A stretch of DNA of 64,000 bases from an uncultured Acetobacteraceae bacterium (GTDB lineage: Bacteria > Pseudomonadota > Alphaproteobacteria > Acetobacterales > Acetobacteraceae): the NCBI GenBank assembly GCA_964242415.1, contig CAXTAT010000023.1:14580-78579 (forward strand), in the 5' to 3' direction. This document shows positions 1 to 11,493 of this stretch, one piece after another. The position numbers and the translations under genes are program-made. The first letter of the stretch is position 1. Each line of letters opens with the position of its first letter. The notes beneath the pieces were generated by a model. The model worked only from the letters and a program-made list of their open reading frames with translations. It ran no database searches and had not been told where the DNA came from.

Positions 1-219
1 CACCCACTCCAGCGCCAGGCCCGCGCCCGCGATGGCGACCAGGGCGTCCCACGGCGGCCCGCCATACCAGACGCAGGCCAGCGCAATGGGCGCCAGCACG
101 ACCGCCGACAGCACGCGCGCCCGCAGGTCACCCCACTGCGCGCGCCGGGGCGGGCCGGCGGCGAGTGCCGGGTCCTGATCAGGCAGGGCGCGCCCCGAAC
201 CGGCGTTCGCGGCGGGCAT
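1..219 (-). CDS. cdsA: phosphatidate cytidylyltransferase (CdsA), N-terminal part; gene runs off the left edge
   Basis: The minus-strand frame is open from 219 down to 1. The translation ...DLRARVLSAVVLAPIALACVWYGGPPWDALVAIAGAGLALEWV looks like the first TM helices of CdsA, and uppS-cdsA is the usual order. The start is uncertain: an in-frame ATG at 219..217 (41-nt overlap with uppS) or a GTG at 114..112. Confidence 0.5.
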   Translation of the reverse strand, partial: MPAANAGSGRALPDQDPALAAGPPRRAQWGDLRARVLSAVVLAPIALACVWYGGPPWDALVAIAGAGLALEWV

Positions 220-928
220 ACTCGGCAAGGGCGGCGTCAAGGGCGGCCGCATTGAAGTCGGGCCACAGCACGTCGAGGAACACCAGCTCCGCATAGGCCG
301 ACTGCCACAGCAGGAAGTTGGACAGCCGGTGCTCGCCGGAGGTGCGGATGACCAGGTCGGGGTCGGGCATCCCGGCGGTGAACAGCAGGCGGCCGAAGGC
401 GGCCTCGTCCAGCGCCGCCGGGTCCAGGTGGCCGGCAACCGCCGCCTCGGCTGCGGCACGCGCCGCCGCGACGATCTCGTCGCGTGCGCCGTAGGATAGC
501 GCGACGTTCAGGTTCAGCCGGGTGTTGGCCGTGGTGTTGCGCTCGGCGCGGGCCAGGTCGGCCTGGGTGTCGGCATCGAAGCGCCCGCGGTCGCCGAGCA
601 CGCGGACGCGGACGCCCTGCCGGCCCAGCTCGGCCAGCTCCTGGCGGATGTAATGGCGCAGCAGGCCGGTCAGCTCCAGCACCTCATCCGGGGGGCGGCG
701 CCAGTTCTCGCTGCTGAACGCATACAGCGTCAGCCAGGAGACGCCCGCCTCCACCGCGGCCTCGATGGTGCGGCGGACCGCCTGCGCGCCCGCACGGTGC
801 CCGGCGACCCGCGGCAGGCCGCGCGCCTTCGCCCAGCGGCCGTTGCCGTCCATGATGATGGCGACATGCGCCGGGGCCGGGACGGTCCCGGACGCCGCTG
901 GCGCTATGCCCATGCTTGCCGCACCCAT
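179..928 (-). CDS. uppS: di-trans,poly-cis-undecaprenyl-diphosphate synthase
   Basis: 249-aa ORF with the UPPS signatures HVAIIMDGNGRWA, LTLYAFSSENWRRP and IRTSGEHRLSNFLLWQSAYAEL. Confidence 0.93.
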   Translation of the reverse strand: MGAASMGIAPAASGTVPAPAHVAIIMDGNGRWAKARGLPRVAGHRAGAQAVRRTIEAAVEAGVSWLTLYAFSSENWRRPPDEVLELTGLLRHYIRQELAELGRQGVRVRVLGDRGRFDADTQADLARAERNTTANTRLNLNVALSYGARDEIVAAARAAAEAAVAGHLDPAALDEAAFGRLLFTAGMPDPDLVIRTSGEHRLSNFLLWQSAYAELVFLDVLWPDFNAAALDAALAEYARRERRFGARPA

Positions 929-932
929 TGCA

Positions 933-1499
933 TCACACCTGCCGGATTTCCTTGTCCTTGTCGGTCAGCGAATCGTCGATGCGCCGGATGTAGCCGTCCG
1001 TCAGCTTCTGCACTTGGTCCGACCAGTCTTTCATTTCATCCTCGCCGATCTCGCCCTTTTTCTCGGACGCCTTGATCTGGTCCATGCCGTCGCGCCGCAC
1101 ACCGCGGATCGCCACGCGCGATCCCTCGGCATAGCGGCCGGCGGCCTTGGCCAGCTCGCCGCGGCGCTCGGCCGTCAGTTGCGGGATGGGCACGCGCACC
1201 ACCTGGCCGTCCGACCCGGGGTTCAGGCCCAGGCCGCTGTCGCGGATCGCCCGCTCGACCGCGCCGACCAGGGTGCGGTCCCAGACCTGGACGGTGATCA
1301 TCCGCGGTTCCGGCACGCCAATGGTGCCGACCTGGGTGATCGGAACCTCGGTACCGTAGGCCTCGACCTTCACCGGCTCCAGCAGGCCCGGGCTGGCGCG
1401 GCCGGTGCGCAGGCCGCCGAAGTCGCGGCGCAGGGTTTCCAGCGCGCCATCCATGCGGCGGGTCAGGTCGGCTTTCAGGGCGGTCAGGTCGGCGGGCAA
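933..1499 (-). CDS. frr: ribosome recycling factor
   Basis: 188-aa ORF with typical RRF length and motifs ([35 protein letters not shown]-like). It lies in the conserved pyrH-frr-uppS order. Confidence 0.95.
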   Translation of the reverse strand: MPADLTALKADLTRRMDGALETLRRDFGGLRTGRASPGLLEPVKVEAYGTEVPITQVGTIGVPEPRMITVQVWDRTLVGAVERAIRDSGLGLNPGSDGQVVRVPIPQLTAERRGELAKAAGRYAEGSRVAIRGVRRDGMDQIKASEKKGEIGEDEMKDWSDQVQKLTDGYIRRIDDSLTDKDKEIRQV

Positions 1500-1517
1500 G
1501 GCGGCCTCCGTGCGGGG

Positions 1518-2243
1518 CTAATGCGGTTCGATGATTCGGGTGAAGTGGCCCTCGCCGCGCATCACCTTGGCGAAGGCGCCGGGGGCGTGAATGTTGAACA
1601 CGATGATCGGCAGCCCGTTCTCCCGCGCCAGGCTGATGCCGGCGGCGTCCATCACGCCCAGGTCGCGCGACAGGACTTCCAGATACGTGAGTTCATCATA
1701 TCGGGATGCAGTCGGGTCCTTGCGGGGGTCGGCGGAGTACACGCCATCGACCTGGGTGCCCTTGAGCAGCAGGTCGCAGTTCATCTCGGCCGCGCGCAAT
1801 GCGGCGGCGGTGTCGGTGGTGAAGAACGGGTTGCCGGTGCCGGCGGCGAAGATCACCACCCTGCCCTTCTCCATGTGCCGCTCGGCCCGGCGGCGCACGT
1901 AGGGTTCGCACACGCTGCTCATGGGGATCGCCGACTGCACGCGGGTGGGCACGTTGCGCTTCTCCAGCGCGTTCTGCATGCCGAGCGCGTTCATCACCGT
2001 CGCCAGCATGCCCATGTAGTCGGCCTGCGCCCGGTCCATGCCGCCCGCCGCCGCCGAGACGCCGCGGAAGATGTTGCCGCCGCCGATCACCAGGCAGACC
2101 TGCACGCCCATCTCGACCACGTCCCGCACGTCCAGCGCGATCTTGCCCAGGGTCTCGGTGTCGAGGCCGTACTCCCGCCGGCCCATCAGCGCCTCCCCGG
2201 AGACCTTGAGCAGGACGCGCTTATAGGGGGTGTGATCGGGCAT
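1518..2243 (-). CDS. pyrH: UMP kinase
   Basis: 241-aa ORF containing [33 protein letters not shown] and [17 protein letters not shown]. Confidence 0.96.
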   Translation of the reverse strand: MPDHTPYKRVLLKVSGEALMGRREYGLDTETLGKIALDVRDVVEMGVQVCLVIGGGNIFRGVSAAAGGMDRAQADYMGMLATVMNALGMQNALEKRNVPTRVQSAIPMSSVCEPYVRRRAERHMEKGRVVIFAAGTGNPFFTTDTAAALRAAEMNCDLLLKGTQVDGVYSADPRKDPTASRYDELTYLEVLSRDLGVMDAAGISLARENGLPIIVFNIHAPGAFAKVMRGEGHFTRIIEPH

Positions 2244-2324
2244 AGGGTCCTTGACGTGGATGGGGCGGCGGCAACCTAGTGGCTGCCGCCGCCCCCCACA
2301 AGTTCCGCCGCTCGTTAGGAAGCG

Positions 2325-3251
2325 TTAGATGCCGATGCCCGACGCGGCGGCGACCTCGGCGGCGAAGTCGTCGGTCGGCTTTTCGATGCCCTCGCCGACC
2401 TTGAACCGCTCGAATCCGCCGAGCTTGGCGCCGGCCTTGCTCACCACGGCGCGCACCCGGCTCTCGCCGTCATGCACCCAGACCTGCTCCAGCAGCACGA
2501 CCTGCTCGTAGAACTTGCGGATCTGGCCGGCGACGATCTTCTCGATCATCTCCGGCGCCTTGCCCGCGTTCTTCTTCTCGGTGCGGGCCTTTTCGGTCAG
2601 GATGGCCCGCTCACGCTCCACAGCCGCCGGGTCAACGCCCTCGATGTCGAGCGCCACGGGCTGCGTTGCGGCGACGTGCATGCCGACCTGGCGGCCCAGG
2701 ATTTCCAGCGCCGATGCCTCGCTGTCGCTCTCCACGGCCACGAGCACGCCGATCTTGCCCAGGGTGGGCTTCAGGGTGTTGTGAACATAGGTCGCGACGA
2801 CGCCGTGCGGCACATGCATCACCTTGGCCCGGCGCAGCGTCATGTTCTCGCCGATGGTGGCGATGGCTTGGGTGATCTCCTCCGCCACCGTCCGGTCGGT
2901 GCCCGGGTAGGGCGCGGCACGGATTTTCTCCACGTCGTCACCGACATGCAGGGCGACATTGGCGATGCCCTCGACCAGCGCCTGGAACGCCTCGTTGCGG
3001 CCAACGAAGTCGGTTTCGGAGTTGACCTCCACCATCGCCGCCTTGTTATGGGCACTGGCGACGCCGATCAGGCCCTCGGCGGCGACGCGGCCGCCCTTCT
3101 TCACGGCGGCGGACAGGCCCTTCTTGCGCAGCCAGTCGAGCGCGGCCTCGCTGTCGCCGCCGGTCTCGGTCAGGGCGCGCTTGCAGTCCATCATGCCGGC
3201 GCCGGTCTTCTCGCGCAGGTCCTTGACCAGCGCGGCGGTTACTTCAGCCAT
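2325..3251 (-). CDS. tsf: translation elongation factor Ts
   Basis: 308-aa ORF starting [27 protein letters not shown]. It contains ETDFVGRN and sits immediately downstream of rpsB. Confidence 0.96.
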   Translation of the reverse strand: MAEVTAALVKDLREKTGAGMMDCKRALTETGGDSEAALDWLRKKGLSAAVKKGGRVAAEGLIGVASAHNKAAMVEVNSETDFVGRNEAFQALVEGIANVALHVGDDVEKIRAAPYPGTDRTVAEEITQAIATIGENMTLRRAKVMHVPHGVVATYVHNTLKPTLGKIGVLVAVESDSEASALEILGRQVGMHVAATQPVALDIEGVDPAAVERERAILTEKARTEKKNAGKAPEMIEKIVAGQIRKFYEQVVLLEQVWVHDGESRVRAVVSKAGAKLGGFERFKVGEGIEKPTDDFAAEVAAASGIGI

Positions 3252-3289
3252 AGTCGGGTCCTTCCTTCACAGCGGGCCTTCAGCGGGCT

Positions 3290-4090
3290 TTACGCCGCGG
3301 GCTGCTCGGCGGGGACGGCGTGATCGGGCATCGGGACGCTCATCGGGATGCTCTCCGGCGGCAACTCCTCGGCGGCGCCGATGTCGCGGCCGCTGGCGAC
3401 CATCTCGGCGCTGATGCCGTCCAGCACGGCGCCGGCGATCAGGTCGCAGTACATCGTGATGGCGCGGATGGCGTCGTCGTTGCCGGGGATCGGGTAGGTG
3501 ACGCCTTGCGGGTCGGAGTTGCTGTCCAGCACGGCGACGACGGGGATGCCGAGCTTATTGGCCTCCTCGACGGCGAGCTTCTCCTTGTTGGTGTCGATGA
3601 TGAACAGGATGTCGGGCAGGCCGCCCATGTCCTTGATGCCGCCCAGCGCGCGCTCCAGCTTCTCCTGGTCGCGGGTGATGTCCAGCACCTCCTTCTTGGT
3701 GAGGCCCTGGATATCGCCGGCCAGCATCTCCTCGATCTGGCGCAGGCGCTTGATGCTGCCGGTGATGGTCTTCCAGTTGGTCAGCATGCCGCCGAGCCAG
3801 CGGTGGTTCACGTAGTACTGGCCGCAACGCTGGGCGCTGTCGGCGACATACTCGGCGGCGGCACGCTTGGTGCCGACGAACAGCACGCGGCCGCCGGCGG
3901 CGGTCACGTCGCGGACGGCGCGCAGGGCGCGGTCCAGCATGGGGACAGTCTGCTGCAGGTCGATGATGTGGACGGCGTTGCGGACGCCGAAGATGTACGG
4001 CCCCATGCGCGGGTTCCAGCGCCGGGTGTGGTGGCCGAAGTGGACGCCGGCCTCGAGGAGCTGGCGCAAGGTGAATTCTGGCATCGCCAT
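3290..4090 (-). CDS. rpsB: 30S ribosomal protein S2
   Basis: The ORF track gives 3290..4147. I trimmed it to the ATG at 4090, giving [20 protein letters not shown], the canonical S2 N-terminus. A GAAAGG lies about 11 nt upstream. Confidence 0.93.
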   Translation of the reverse strand: MAMPEFTLRQLLEAGVHFGHHTRRWNPRMGPYIFGVRNAVHIIDLQQTVPMLDRALRAVRDVTAAGGRVLFVGTKRAAAEYVADSAQRCGQYYVNHRWLGGMLTNWKTITGSIKRLRQIEEMLAGDIQGLTKKEVLDITRDQEKLERALGGIKDMGGLPDILFIIDTNKEKLAVEEANKLGIPVVAVLDSNSDPQGVTYPIPGNDDAIRAITMYCDLIAGAVLDGISAEMVASGRDIGAAEELPPESIPMSVPMPDHAVPAEQPAA

Positions 4091-4297
4091 GGGGCGTGAC
4101 CTTTCAGGTATCCGGTTGATCCTCCGCGGGGCCTGGCCCTGCGGCACCGGAACCTGGGGTGTGACCCCCGGGAAAGGCGCCCCGCGTGTGAATTTGCTCA
4201 GTGCTACTGAACAAGCGGGGATATGGCGGATCGGGGATGGGATGGCAAGCGGTGGACCTGGACACGGGCGAGAGATGGAACGAGCAGCGGCTTGCAG

Positions 4298-4621
4298 TCA
4301 GTGAAACTCGTGCGACACCTCAATTTGGCCAATAATTGCCGCGTTGAGAGCGTCCAGTTGGTCCGCAGGTATCCAACACTCCTGGTGCGACCGTCCTCCT
4401 GCCGCCTGCACCCCATACTGGTCGAGGAAATCCCGCCGCACGCGGAAGCGGGTGACGTAGCCGGAACCGCTGGCCTTCACGTTCCAGTCCCGCGCGATCT
4501 TCACGGCGTATGCCTCCGTCAGCACAGGGTAGAAGATCGGCTGCTCGGGCAGGCGGGGCGGAAATGCCCTATGCCTGACGCGCGGATGAGGTCCAGCTCG
4601 GACGGACCGACTGGTCGCCAC
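4298..4621 (-). CDS. small conserved hypothetical protein (107 aa as drawn)
   Basis: ORF directly downstream of dnaE on the same strand. The block PIFYPVLTEAYAVKIARDWNVKASGSGYVTRFRV...WIPADQLDALNAAIIGQIEV looks like a real globular protein that I recall as an uncharacterised bacterial family. The start is a GTG at 4621 and is uncertain. Confidence 0.5.
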   Translation of the reverse strand: MATSRSVRAGPHPRVRHRAFPPRLPEQPIFYPVLTEAYAVKIARDWNVKASGSGYVTRFRVRRDFLDQYGVQAAGGRSHQECWIPADQLDALNAAIIGQIEVSHEFH

Positions 4622-4662
4622 AAGGTCACGCAGTCCGGTTCAGCCATCGTTGGACGGCATCG

Positions 4663-7600
4663 TCAAACCTCCTCCACCCGCTCCACCCCCGGCAGCATCT
4701 TCAACGCCTGCGCCAGCCGCGGCGTCACCTGGAACCCGCCCGGAATGGTAATCTCCACCGCCTGGGCATCATCGATCCGCGGCACCAGCGTCACCCGCCC
4801 CCGGCCCTTGCCCTCCCGCGCCAGGATGGCCCGGATATGCGGCACCGCCTCCGTCCGATCCAGCCAAATCCGCATTCCCGCCCCGGCGTCGCTCGCCGCC
4901 TGCTCCAGCGACACGCAGTCCGCTGCCGTCACCCGCAGGCTGTCGCCCTCCATCCGCAGGTCCACGCTGACCAGCACCGCCGTGCCAGTCTTGATCAGGT
5001 CGCGTGCGCTACCCAGCACCTCGCTGAACATCGTCACCTCATAGCTGCCGCCCTGGTCGGACAACCGCACCCAGGCCATGCGGCTGCCGGTGCGCGTCGC
5101 CCGCTCCTTGGTGGCCACCACGCAGCCGGCCATCTTGATCCGCGTGGCGCCGCCCAGCCCGGCCGCCTCCATCTGATGCGACGGCACGACGCCCAACCGC
5201 TTCAGCACCGGCCCATAGCTGTCCAAGGGGTGCGCGGTCAGGTGGAAGCCCACCGCATCTGCCTCATACCCCAGCCGCTCCATCGCCGGCCAATCCGGCA
5301 GCGGCGGCAGGCGCAGCGTCTCGGGCCGGGCTTCGCCGCCGAACAGCCCGGTCTGCCCGCTGGCCGCCTCCTCCGCCTGGGCTTGGGCGCGCTTCAGCAC
5401 CGTGTCGGCCCCGGCAAACAACTGCGCCCGGTTCGGTGCAATGCCGTCGAAGGCCCCGGCCCGCGCCAGGTTCTCGATCTGCATCTTGTTGAGCTGCCGC
5501 GGGTCGATCCGCGCCGCGAAGTCCGCCACGTCCGCGAACGGCCGGTCCCCGCGCGCCGCCACCACGCCCTGCATCGCCACGAACCCGACCTTCTTCACCG
5601 CCGCCAGCGCATACCGGATGCTTTGCGAGCCGTCCCCGGCGACCTCCACCCGGAACTCCGCCCCGGAGCGGTTGATGTCCGGCGGCAGCACGGCGATGCC
5701 CATGCGCTGCGCCTCCTGCCGCAGGGCGGCGATCTTGTCGGTGTTGCTGATTGCCAAGTTCATGCAGGCAGCCAGGAAGGCGACCGGGTGGTTCGCCTTC
5801 AACCAGGCCGTCTGATACGACAGCAGCGCATAGGCCGCCGCGTGGCTTTTGTTGAACCCGTAATCGGCGAACTTCGCCATCAGGTCGAACACCTCGGTCG
5901 CCTTGGCCGCCGGGATGCCGCGGGCGGTCGCGCCGTCGGTGAAGACCTTGCGCTGCTGCTCCATCTCCGCGCGGATTTTCTTGCCCATCGCCCGGCGCAG
6001 CAGGTCGGCGCCGCCCAGGCTGTAGCTCGCCATGGTCTGGGCGATCTGCATCACCTGCTCCTGATAGACCATGATCCCATAGGTCTCGCCCAGGATTTCG
6101 CGGATTTCCGGATGCGGCGCCTCCCAGGCCTCGCCGTGCTTGCGGCGGCAGTAGTCGGGGATGTTGGCCATGGGTCCGGGCCGGTACAGGGCGACGGCGG
6201 CGATCAGGTCCTCGAACCGGTCCGGGCGCATCTGCCGCAGCACGTCGCGCATCCCCTGCGACTCGAACTGGAACACCCCGCCGCCGTCGCCGCGGGACAA
6301 CATCTCATAGGTTTTCGCATCGTCCAGCGGCAGGCGGTCCAGATCGACCGGCACCCCCAGACCGTGCAGGATGGCGACGGCCTGCTGCAGGATGGTCAGC
6401 GTGGTCAGGCCGAGGAAGTCGAATTTTACCAATCCGGCCTGCTCCACGTACTTCATGGAATACTGGGTGACGAGCGTATCCGCCTTCGGATCACGATACA
6501 GCGGCACCAGGTCGATCAGCGGCCGGTCGCCGATCACCAGCCCGGCGGCATGGGTGCTGGCATGGCGATAAAGCCCCTCCAACTGTAGCGCGACCTCCAG
6601 CAGCCGCCGGATGTTCTCGTCACCGTCGCGCATCTCCTGCAAGCGCTTCTCGCCGTCGATGGCCTGGGACAGCGTGACGGGGTGGGCGGGGTTGTTGGGG
6701 ATCAGCTCCGCCACCCGGTTCACCTGGCCGAACGGCATGCCTAGCACGCGGCCCACGTCCCGCACCGCCGCCCGCGCCTGCAGCTTTCCGAATGTGATGA
6801 TCTGCGCCACCCGGTCCGCGCCGTATTCCTCCCGGACGTAGCCGATCACCTCGTCCCGCCGGTCCTGGCAGAAGTCGATGTCGAAGTCCGGCATCGACAC
6901 GCGCTCGGGGTTGAGGAACCGCTCGAACAGCAGGCCCCAGCGCAGCGGGTCCAGGTCGGTGATCGTCAGCGCCCACGCCGCCACCGACCCGGCGCCCGAT
7001 CCGCGCCCTGGCCCCACCGGGATGCCCTGCGCCTTCGCCCACTGGATGAAGTCGGCGACGATCAAGAAGTAGCCGGGGAAACCCATGCCGGCGATCACGC
7101 CCAGCTCGTAGTCCAGCCGCTTGCCATACACCGCCCGCGTCGCCTCGTCCGCACCCATGGCGTCCATGCGGTGCACCAGGCCCTCGACGGCCATGGCGCG
7201 CACTGTCTCGTCCTCGGTCTGGCCAGGCCGCACCTTGGGGCACATCGGCAGCAGCGGCTTGCGCGTCTCCGCCATCACGGCGCAGGTGCGGGCGATGGCG
7301 AGCGTGTTGTCGCAGGCGTCCGGCAGGTCCTTGAACAGCCGCCGCATGTCGCGCGCCGGCTTGAACCAGTGCTCCGGCGTCACCCGGCGGCGCTCGGCCT
7401 CGCCGACCTGGCGGCCCTCGGCGATGCACAGCAGGGCATCGTGCGCCTCGTGCATCTTGGGTGCCGAGAAGAAGCACTCGTTGGTGGCGACCAGCGGCAG
7501 GCGGAGTTCCTCCGCCAAGCCGATCAGGCCCGGCTCGATGGCGCGCTCGATGGCCAGGCCGTGCCGGTGCAGCTCCATCATGCAGCGGTCCGGGAACGCC

Positions 7601-8079
7601 TCCGCCATGCGGGACAGCAGCGCCAGCGCGTCCGGGCGGCGGCCCTCCGCCAGCATCCGGGTGATCGGCCCGCGGGTGCCGCCGGTCAGCAGCACCAGGC
7701 CCTCGGCGTGGTCCAGCAAGGCGTCCAGCGGCAGTTGCGGGTCGGTCGGCTCGCCCTGCATGAAGCCCTTGCTGGACAGGCGTTGCAGGTTGGCCAGGCC
7801 CGCCGCGTCCTGCGCCAGCACCACGACCGGGTCGGCCGCCAGCCGCGGGTTCTCGGCGCGCACCAAGGAGACCTGGCAACCGATGATCGGCTGCACGCCC
7901 TTCCCCACGCAGGACTGGCTGAACTCCAGCGCGCCGAACAGGTTGCCGGTGTCGGTGATGGCGACGGCCGGCATCCGCGCCTCCTTCGCCAGGGCGGCGA
8001 TCTTGTCGGCCTTGATCGCGCCCTCGCTCAGCGAGTACGCCGAGTGGACGCGCAGGTGGACGAATTCGGCGTGCAGCAT
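4663..8079 (-). CDS. dnaE: DNA polymerase III alpha subunit
   Basis: 1138-aa ORF with a PHP domain start (FVHLRVHSAYSLSEGAI) and the polymerase core (GPGRGSGAGSVAAWALTITDLDP, PDFDIDFC). The ATG shares one nucleotide with the lolD stop (TGATG). Confidence 0.97.
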   Translation of the reverse strand: MLHAEFVHLRVHSAYSLSEGAIKADKIAALAKEARMPAVAITDTGNLFGALEFSQSCVGKGVQPIIGCQVSLVRAENPRLAADPVVVLAQDAAGLANLQRLSSKGFMQGEPTDPQLPLDALLDHAEGLVLLTGGTRGPITRMLAEGRRPDALALLSRMAEAFPDRCMMELHRHGLAIERAIEPGLIGLAEELRLPLVATNECFFSAPKMHEAHDALLCIAEGRQVGEAERRRVTPEHWFKPARDMRRLFKDLPDACDNTLAIARTCAVMAETRKPLLPMCPKVRPGQTEDETVRAMAVEGLVHRMDAMGADEATRAVYGKRLDYELGVIAGMGFPGYFLIVADFIQWAKAQGIPVGPGRGSGAGSVAAWALTITDLDPLRWGLLFERFLNPERVSMPDFDIDFCQDRRDEVIGYVREEYGADRVAQIITFGKLQARAAVRDVGRVLGMPFGQVNRVAELIPNNPAHPVTLSQAIDGEKRLQEMRDGDENIRRLLEVALQLEGLYRHASTHAAGLVIGDRPLIDLVPLYRDPKADTLVTQYSMKYVEQAGLVKFDFLGLTTLTILQQAVAILHGLGVPVDLDRLPLDDAKTYEMLSRGDGGGVFQFESQGMRDVLRQMRPDRFEDLIAAVALYRPGPMANIPDYCRRKHGEAWEAPHPEIREILGETYGIMVYQEQVMQIAQTMASYSLGGADLLRRAMGKKIRAEMEQQRKVFTDGATARGIPAAKATEVFDLMAKFADYGFNKSHAAAYALLSYQTAWLKANHPVAFLAACMNLAISNTDKIAALRQEAQRMGIAVLPPDINRSGAEFRVEVAGDGSQSIRYALAAVKKVGFVAMQGVVAARGDRPFADVADFAARIDPRQLNKMQIENLARAGAFDGIAPNRAQLFAGADTVLKRAQAQAEEAASGQTGLFGGEARPETLRLPPLPDWPAMERLGYEADAVGFHLTAHPLDSYGPVLKRLGVVPSHQMEAAGLGGATRIKMAGCVVATKERATRTGSRMAWVRLSDQGGSYEVTMFSEVLGSARDLIKTGTAVLVSVDLRMEGDSLRVTAADCVSLEQAASDAGAGMRIWLDRTEAVPHIRAILAREGKGRGRVTLVPRIDDAQAVEITIPGGFQVTPRLAQALKMLPGVERVEEV

Positions 8080-8756
8080 CAGGCCTCCACGATCAGGCCG
8101 TCACGCAGGGTCACGCGGCGGTCCATGCGGGCGGCCAGGTCGGGGTTGTGCGTGGCGATCAATGCCGCGACTCCTTCCTGCCGGACCATCCGCAGCAGTT
8201 CCAGGAACACCACATTGCTGGTGCCCACGTCCAGGTTGCCCGTGGGTTCGTCGGCCAGCAGCACCGCCGGGGCGTTGGCAAGGGCGCGGGCGATGGCGAC
8301 GCGCTGCTTCTCGCCGCCCGACAGCTTGCCCGGCAGGTGGCCGGCCCGCGCCGGCAGGCCGAAGGCGGTCAGCAGCGTCATTGCCCGCTCCCGCGCCACG
8401 CGGCGGCTGCGGCCCGCGACCATCTGCGGCAGGATGACGTTCTCCGCCGCGGTGAACTCGGCCAGCAAGTGGTGCGCCTGATAGACGAAGCCGATGCGGT
8501 CCCGGCGGATCGCCGTGCGGTCGGCATCGGGCAACCCTCCGGCGTCGCGTCCGTCCACCACCACGATCCCGGAATCCGGGCGCTCCAGCAGGCCCGCCAG
8601 GTGCAGCAGCGTGCTCTTGCCGGTGCCGGACGGCGCGACCAGGGCGACGATCTCCCCCGCCTGCAGCGCCAGGTCCGCGCCGCGCAGCACATGCAACTTG
8701 GTGTCGCCGCTGCGGTAGGCGCGGCTGACGCCTTGCAGCGCCAGCGGGCTACTCAT
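8079..8756 (-). CDS. lolD: lipoprotein-releasing ABC transporter ATP-binding protein
   Basis: 225-aa ABC ATPase with Walker A (APSGTGKST), signature ([15 protein letters not shown]) and Walker B ([11 protein letters not shown]). It overlaps the upstream LolC/E-type permease gene. Confidence 0.88.
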   Translation of the reverse strand: MSSPLALQGVSRAYRSGDTKLHVLRGADLALQAGEIVALVAPSGTGKSTLLHLAGLLERPDSGIVVVDGRDAGGLPDADRTAIRRDRIGFVYQAHHLLAEFTAAENVILPQMVAGRSRRVARERAMTLLTAFGLPARAGHLPGKLSGGEKQRVAIARALANAPAVLLADEPTGNLDVGTSNVVFLELLRMVRQEGVAALIATHNPDLAARMDRRVTLRDGLIVEA

Positions 8757-9999
8757 GCCGCAGCGCCTCCACGGGATCGGTGCGGGCGGCGCGCCAGCTT
8801 GGATACAGCGTCGCCAGCAAGGACAGCGCCAGGGCCATCACCACGACCTGCACGACCTCATGCGGGTTCAGCTTCGCCGGCAGGTGGGTCAGGAAATATA
8901 CCTCGGGGTTGAACACCCGGACGCCCAGCACGCCCTCGACCCAGCCCTGGATCGTCTCGATGTTCAGGCAGAACAGCACGCCCAGCACCACGCCCACCAG
9001 GGTGCCGGTCACCCCGACGCTGGCGCCGCACATCAGGAAGATCCGCATCACCGCGCCCCGGCCGGCGCCGATGGTCCGCAGCACCGCGATGTCGCGCGTC
9101 TTGTCCTTCACCATCATGATCAGCGACGACACCACGTTGAACGCCGCCACCAGGATGATCAGGGTGAGGATCAGGAACATCACGTTCCGCTCCACCTGCA
9201 CGGCGGAGAAGAAGCTGTTGTCCCGTTGCTGCCAGGTCACCACCCGCAGGCCGTCGCCGGCCAGGGCAGTGCTGACGGCCTGGCTGATCGGGCCGACCGC
9301 CTGCGGGTCGGCAACCATGACCTCGATTCGGGACGCGCCGCCGGGCTGCTGGAAGAAGATCTGCGCGGCCTCCAATGGCAGGAACACGTAGCCGGTGTCG
9401 AACTGGTTCATGCCGACCTGGAAGATCGCCGCAATCCGGTAGGCGCGCACCCGCGGGATGGTGCCGAACGCGGTCGCGGCACCCTGCGGCGACACCAGCG
9501 TCAGCTCGCCGCCGAGCTGCAGGTGGAACTTCTGCGCCAGGCCGATGCCGACCGCGATGGCGTCCTCACCGTGGAAGTCATCGAGGCTGCCGAGAAGGAT
9601 GTGGTCGCTGACCGCATGCAGCGCGCGCACGTCCTGCGGGGCCATTCCCATCACGATGCCGCCGGACAGCTCGCCATGCTGGCCCTGCAGCAGCACCTGC
9701 CCGTCTACGACCGGCGCGGCCATGGTCACGCCCGGAACCGTGCGGATGCGGGCGGCGATGACGGCGGGGTCGGCCAGCGCGCCGTTGCCGGGAAACACAT
9801 TCATGTGGCCGTCGAAGCCCAGGATGCGGTTGAGCAGGTCCACCTGGAACCCGCCCATGACGGACATGACGATGATGAGTGTCGCCACCCCCAGCGCGAT
9901 GCCGACCAGGCTGAACCCGGCGATGACCGACACGAACCGCTCGCCACGCCGCGCCCGCAGGTAGCGGCCGGCGACGGCACGCTCAAAAGGTCCGAACAT
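8749..9999 (-). CDS. lipoprotein-releasing system transmembrane subunit, LolC/LolE family
   Basis: ORF 8749..10029, trimmed to the ATG at 9999 ([18 protein letters not shown]...), the usual LolC/E N-terminus. It has a MacB-like FtsX architecture and overlaps lolD by 8 nt. Confidence 0.88.
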   Translation of the reverse strand: MFGPFERAVAGRYLRARRGERFVSVIAGFSLVGIALGVATLIIVMSVMGGFQVDLLNRILGFDGHMNVFPGNGALADPAVIAARIRTVPGVTMAAPVVDGQVLLQGQHGELSGGIVMGMAPQDVRALHAVSDHILLGSLDDFHGEDAIAVGIGLAQKFHLQLGGELTLVSPQGAATAFGTIPRVRAYRIAAIFQVGMNQFDTGYVFLPLEAAQIFFQQPGGASRIEVMVADPQAVGPISQAVSTALAGDGLRVVTWQQRDNSFFSAVQVERNVMFLILTLIILVAAFNVVSSLIMMVKDKTRDIAVLRTIGAGRGAVMRIFLMCGASVGVTGTLVGVVLGVLFCLNIETIQGWVEGVLGVRVFNPEVYFLTHLPAKLNPHEVVQVVVMALALSLLATLYPSWRAARTDPVEALRHE

Positions 10000-10000
10000 G

Positions 10001-11311
10001 CTAGGACATATGGGCGAGCGCCGCCTCAAGTGAAAGCTCCTGGCGCTCCCCGGTCGCCCGGCGCTTCAACTCGACCGTTCCGGCCGCGGCGCCGCGCGGG
10101 CCGACGATGACCTGCCACGGATGGCCCATCAGGTCGGCGTCGGCAAATTTCACCCCGGCGCGTTCGTCGCGGTCGTCATACAGGGCTTGGCCGCGCAGGG
10201 CGGCGTAGGCTTGCTCGCACAGGGCGCCGGTGGCCGGGTCGGCCTGCTTGAGGTTCAGGATCGCGGCGCGGAACGGCGCCACGCTGTCCGGCCAGATGAT
10301 GCCGGCGTCGTCGTGGTGCGCCTCGATCAGCGCGCCGACCAGGCGGGAGACGCCGATGCCGTAGCTGCCCATGTTGGGGGCGACCGGCTTGCCGTCGGGG
10401 CCGGCCACCTGCAGGCCGACCAGCTCGCTGTAAAGCGTGCCGAAGTTGAAGATTTGCCCGACCTCGATCCCCCTGCCCTCCCGCCGCCGCTCCTCCGGCA
10501 CCCGGTCCCAGGCGGCCAGGTCGTGCTTCTCGTCGGTGGCGGCGTAGGGGGCGGTGACATCGGCGAAGAAGCGGTCCAACTGCGCGGGGTCGGTGTGGTC
10601 GATGTCGTCGGTGCCGACCGCGATGGTCTCGACCGCGGCGTCATAGAACACCTGGCTCTCCCCGGTCGGGGCGAGGATGTGGAACTCGTGGCTCAGGTCG
10701 CCGCCAATGGGTCCGGTGTCGGCCGCCATCGGCACCGCGCGGACGCCCAGGCGCTGGAAGGTCCGCAGGTAGGACAGCATCATGATGCGGTAGCTGCGGA
10801 CGGCAGAGGCATGGTCCAGGTCGAAGGAGTAGCCGTCCTTCATCAGGAACTCGCGCCCGCGCATCACGCCGAAGCGGGGCCGGGTCTCGTCGCGGAACTT
10901 CCATTGGATGTGATACAGGATCTGCGGCAGCTCGCGGTAGCTTTTCACCGACTGGCGCATCAGGTCGGCGATCAGCAGCTCGTTGGTGGGGCTGTAGATC
11001 AGGTCGCGGTCGTGCCGGTCGCGCAGGCGCAGCATCTCGGGGCCGTAGGCGTCGTAGCGGTTGGACTGCTTCCACAGGTCGGCGGACTGTAGGGTCGGCA
11101 TCAGCAGTTCCTGCGCGCCGACGCGGTCCTGCTCCTCCCGCACCACCTGGGCGATGTTGCGCAGCACGCGCCAGCCCGCCGGCAGCCACGCATAGATGCC
11201 CGCCGCGGTCTGCCGCACCAGCCCGGCGCGCAGCATCAGGCGATGCGAGGCGATCTGCGCCTCGGCCGGATTTTCCTTGATCGTGGGCAGCAGCGAGCGG
11301 GTCAGGCGCAT
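10001..11311 (-). CDS. proS: proline--tRNA ligase (short, alpha-type)
   Basis: 436-aa ORF starting [34 protein letters not shown]. It carries class II motifs ([30 protein letters not shown]). Confidence 0.95.
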   Translation of the reverse strand: MRLTRSLLPTIKENPAEAQIASHRLMLRAGLVRQTAAGIYAWLPAGWRVLRNIAQVVREEQDRVGAQELLMPTLQSADLWKQSNRYDAYGPEMLRLRDRHDRDLIYSPTNELLIADLMRQSVKSYRELPQILYHIQWKFRDETRPRFGVMRGREFLMKDGYSFDLDHASAVRSYRIMMLSYLRTFQRLGVRAVPMAADTGPIGGDLSHEFHILAPTGESQVFYDAAVETIAVGTDDIDHTDPAQLDRFFADVTAPYAATDEKHDLAAWDRVPEERRREGRGIEVGQIFNFGTLYSELVGLQVAGPDGKPVAPNMGSYGIGVSRLVGALIEAHHDDAGIIWPDSVAPFRAAILNLKQADPATGALCEQAYAALRGQALYDDRDERAGVKFADADLMGHPWQVIVGPRGAAAGTVELKRRATGERQELSLEAALAHMS

Positions 11312-11493
11312 GGTCGTCCCAGTGACATTGCGGGCCGGACCCTACAGGCGGCAGGCGGTGCCGGCCAGCCTGGGTCGATGCACCGCACCTACATTCCGCC
11401 CCACGCAATTATTGTGCAGCGCACAACCGTTTTATGACAGAATATGACCGGACCATGGTGAATCAGCGTGACAAGGGTTCGGTTCCAGCTTAA

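Noticed and set aside
765-2279. 504-aa plus-strand ORF spanning uppS, frr and pyrH
   Set aside because: It is antisense to three unmistakable housekeeping genes. Its translation is low-complexity (Arg/Ala/Gly/His-rich) with no recognisable domain. This is a typical shadow ORF of GC-rich DNA with few stop codons.
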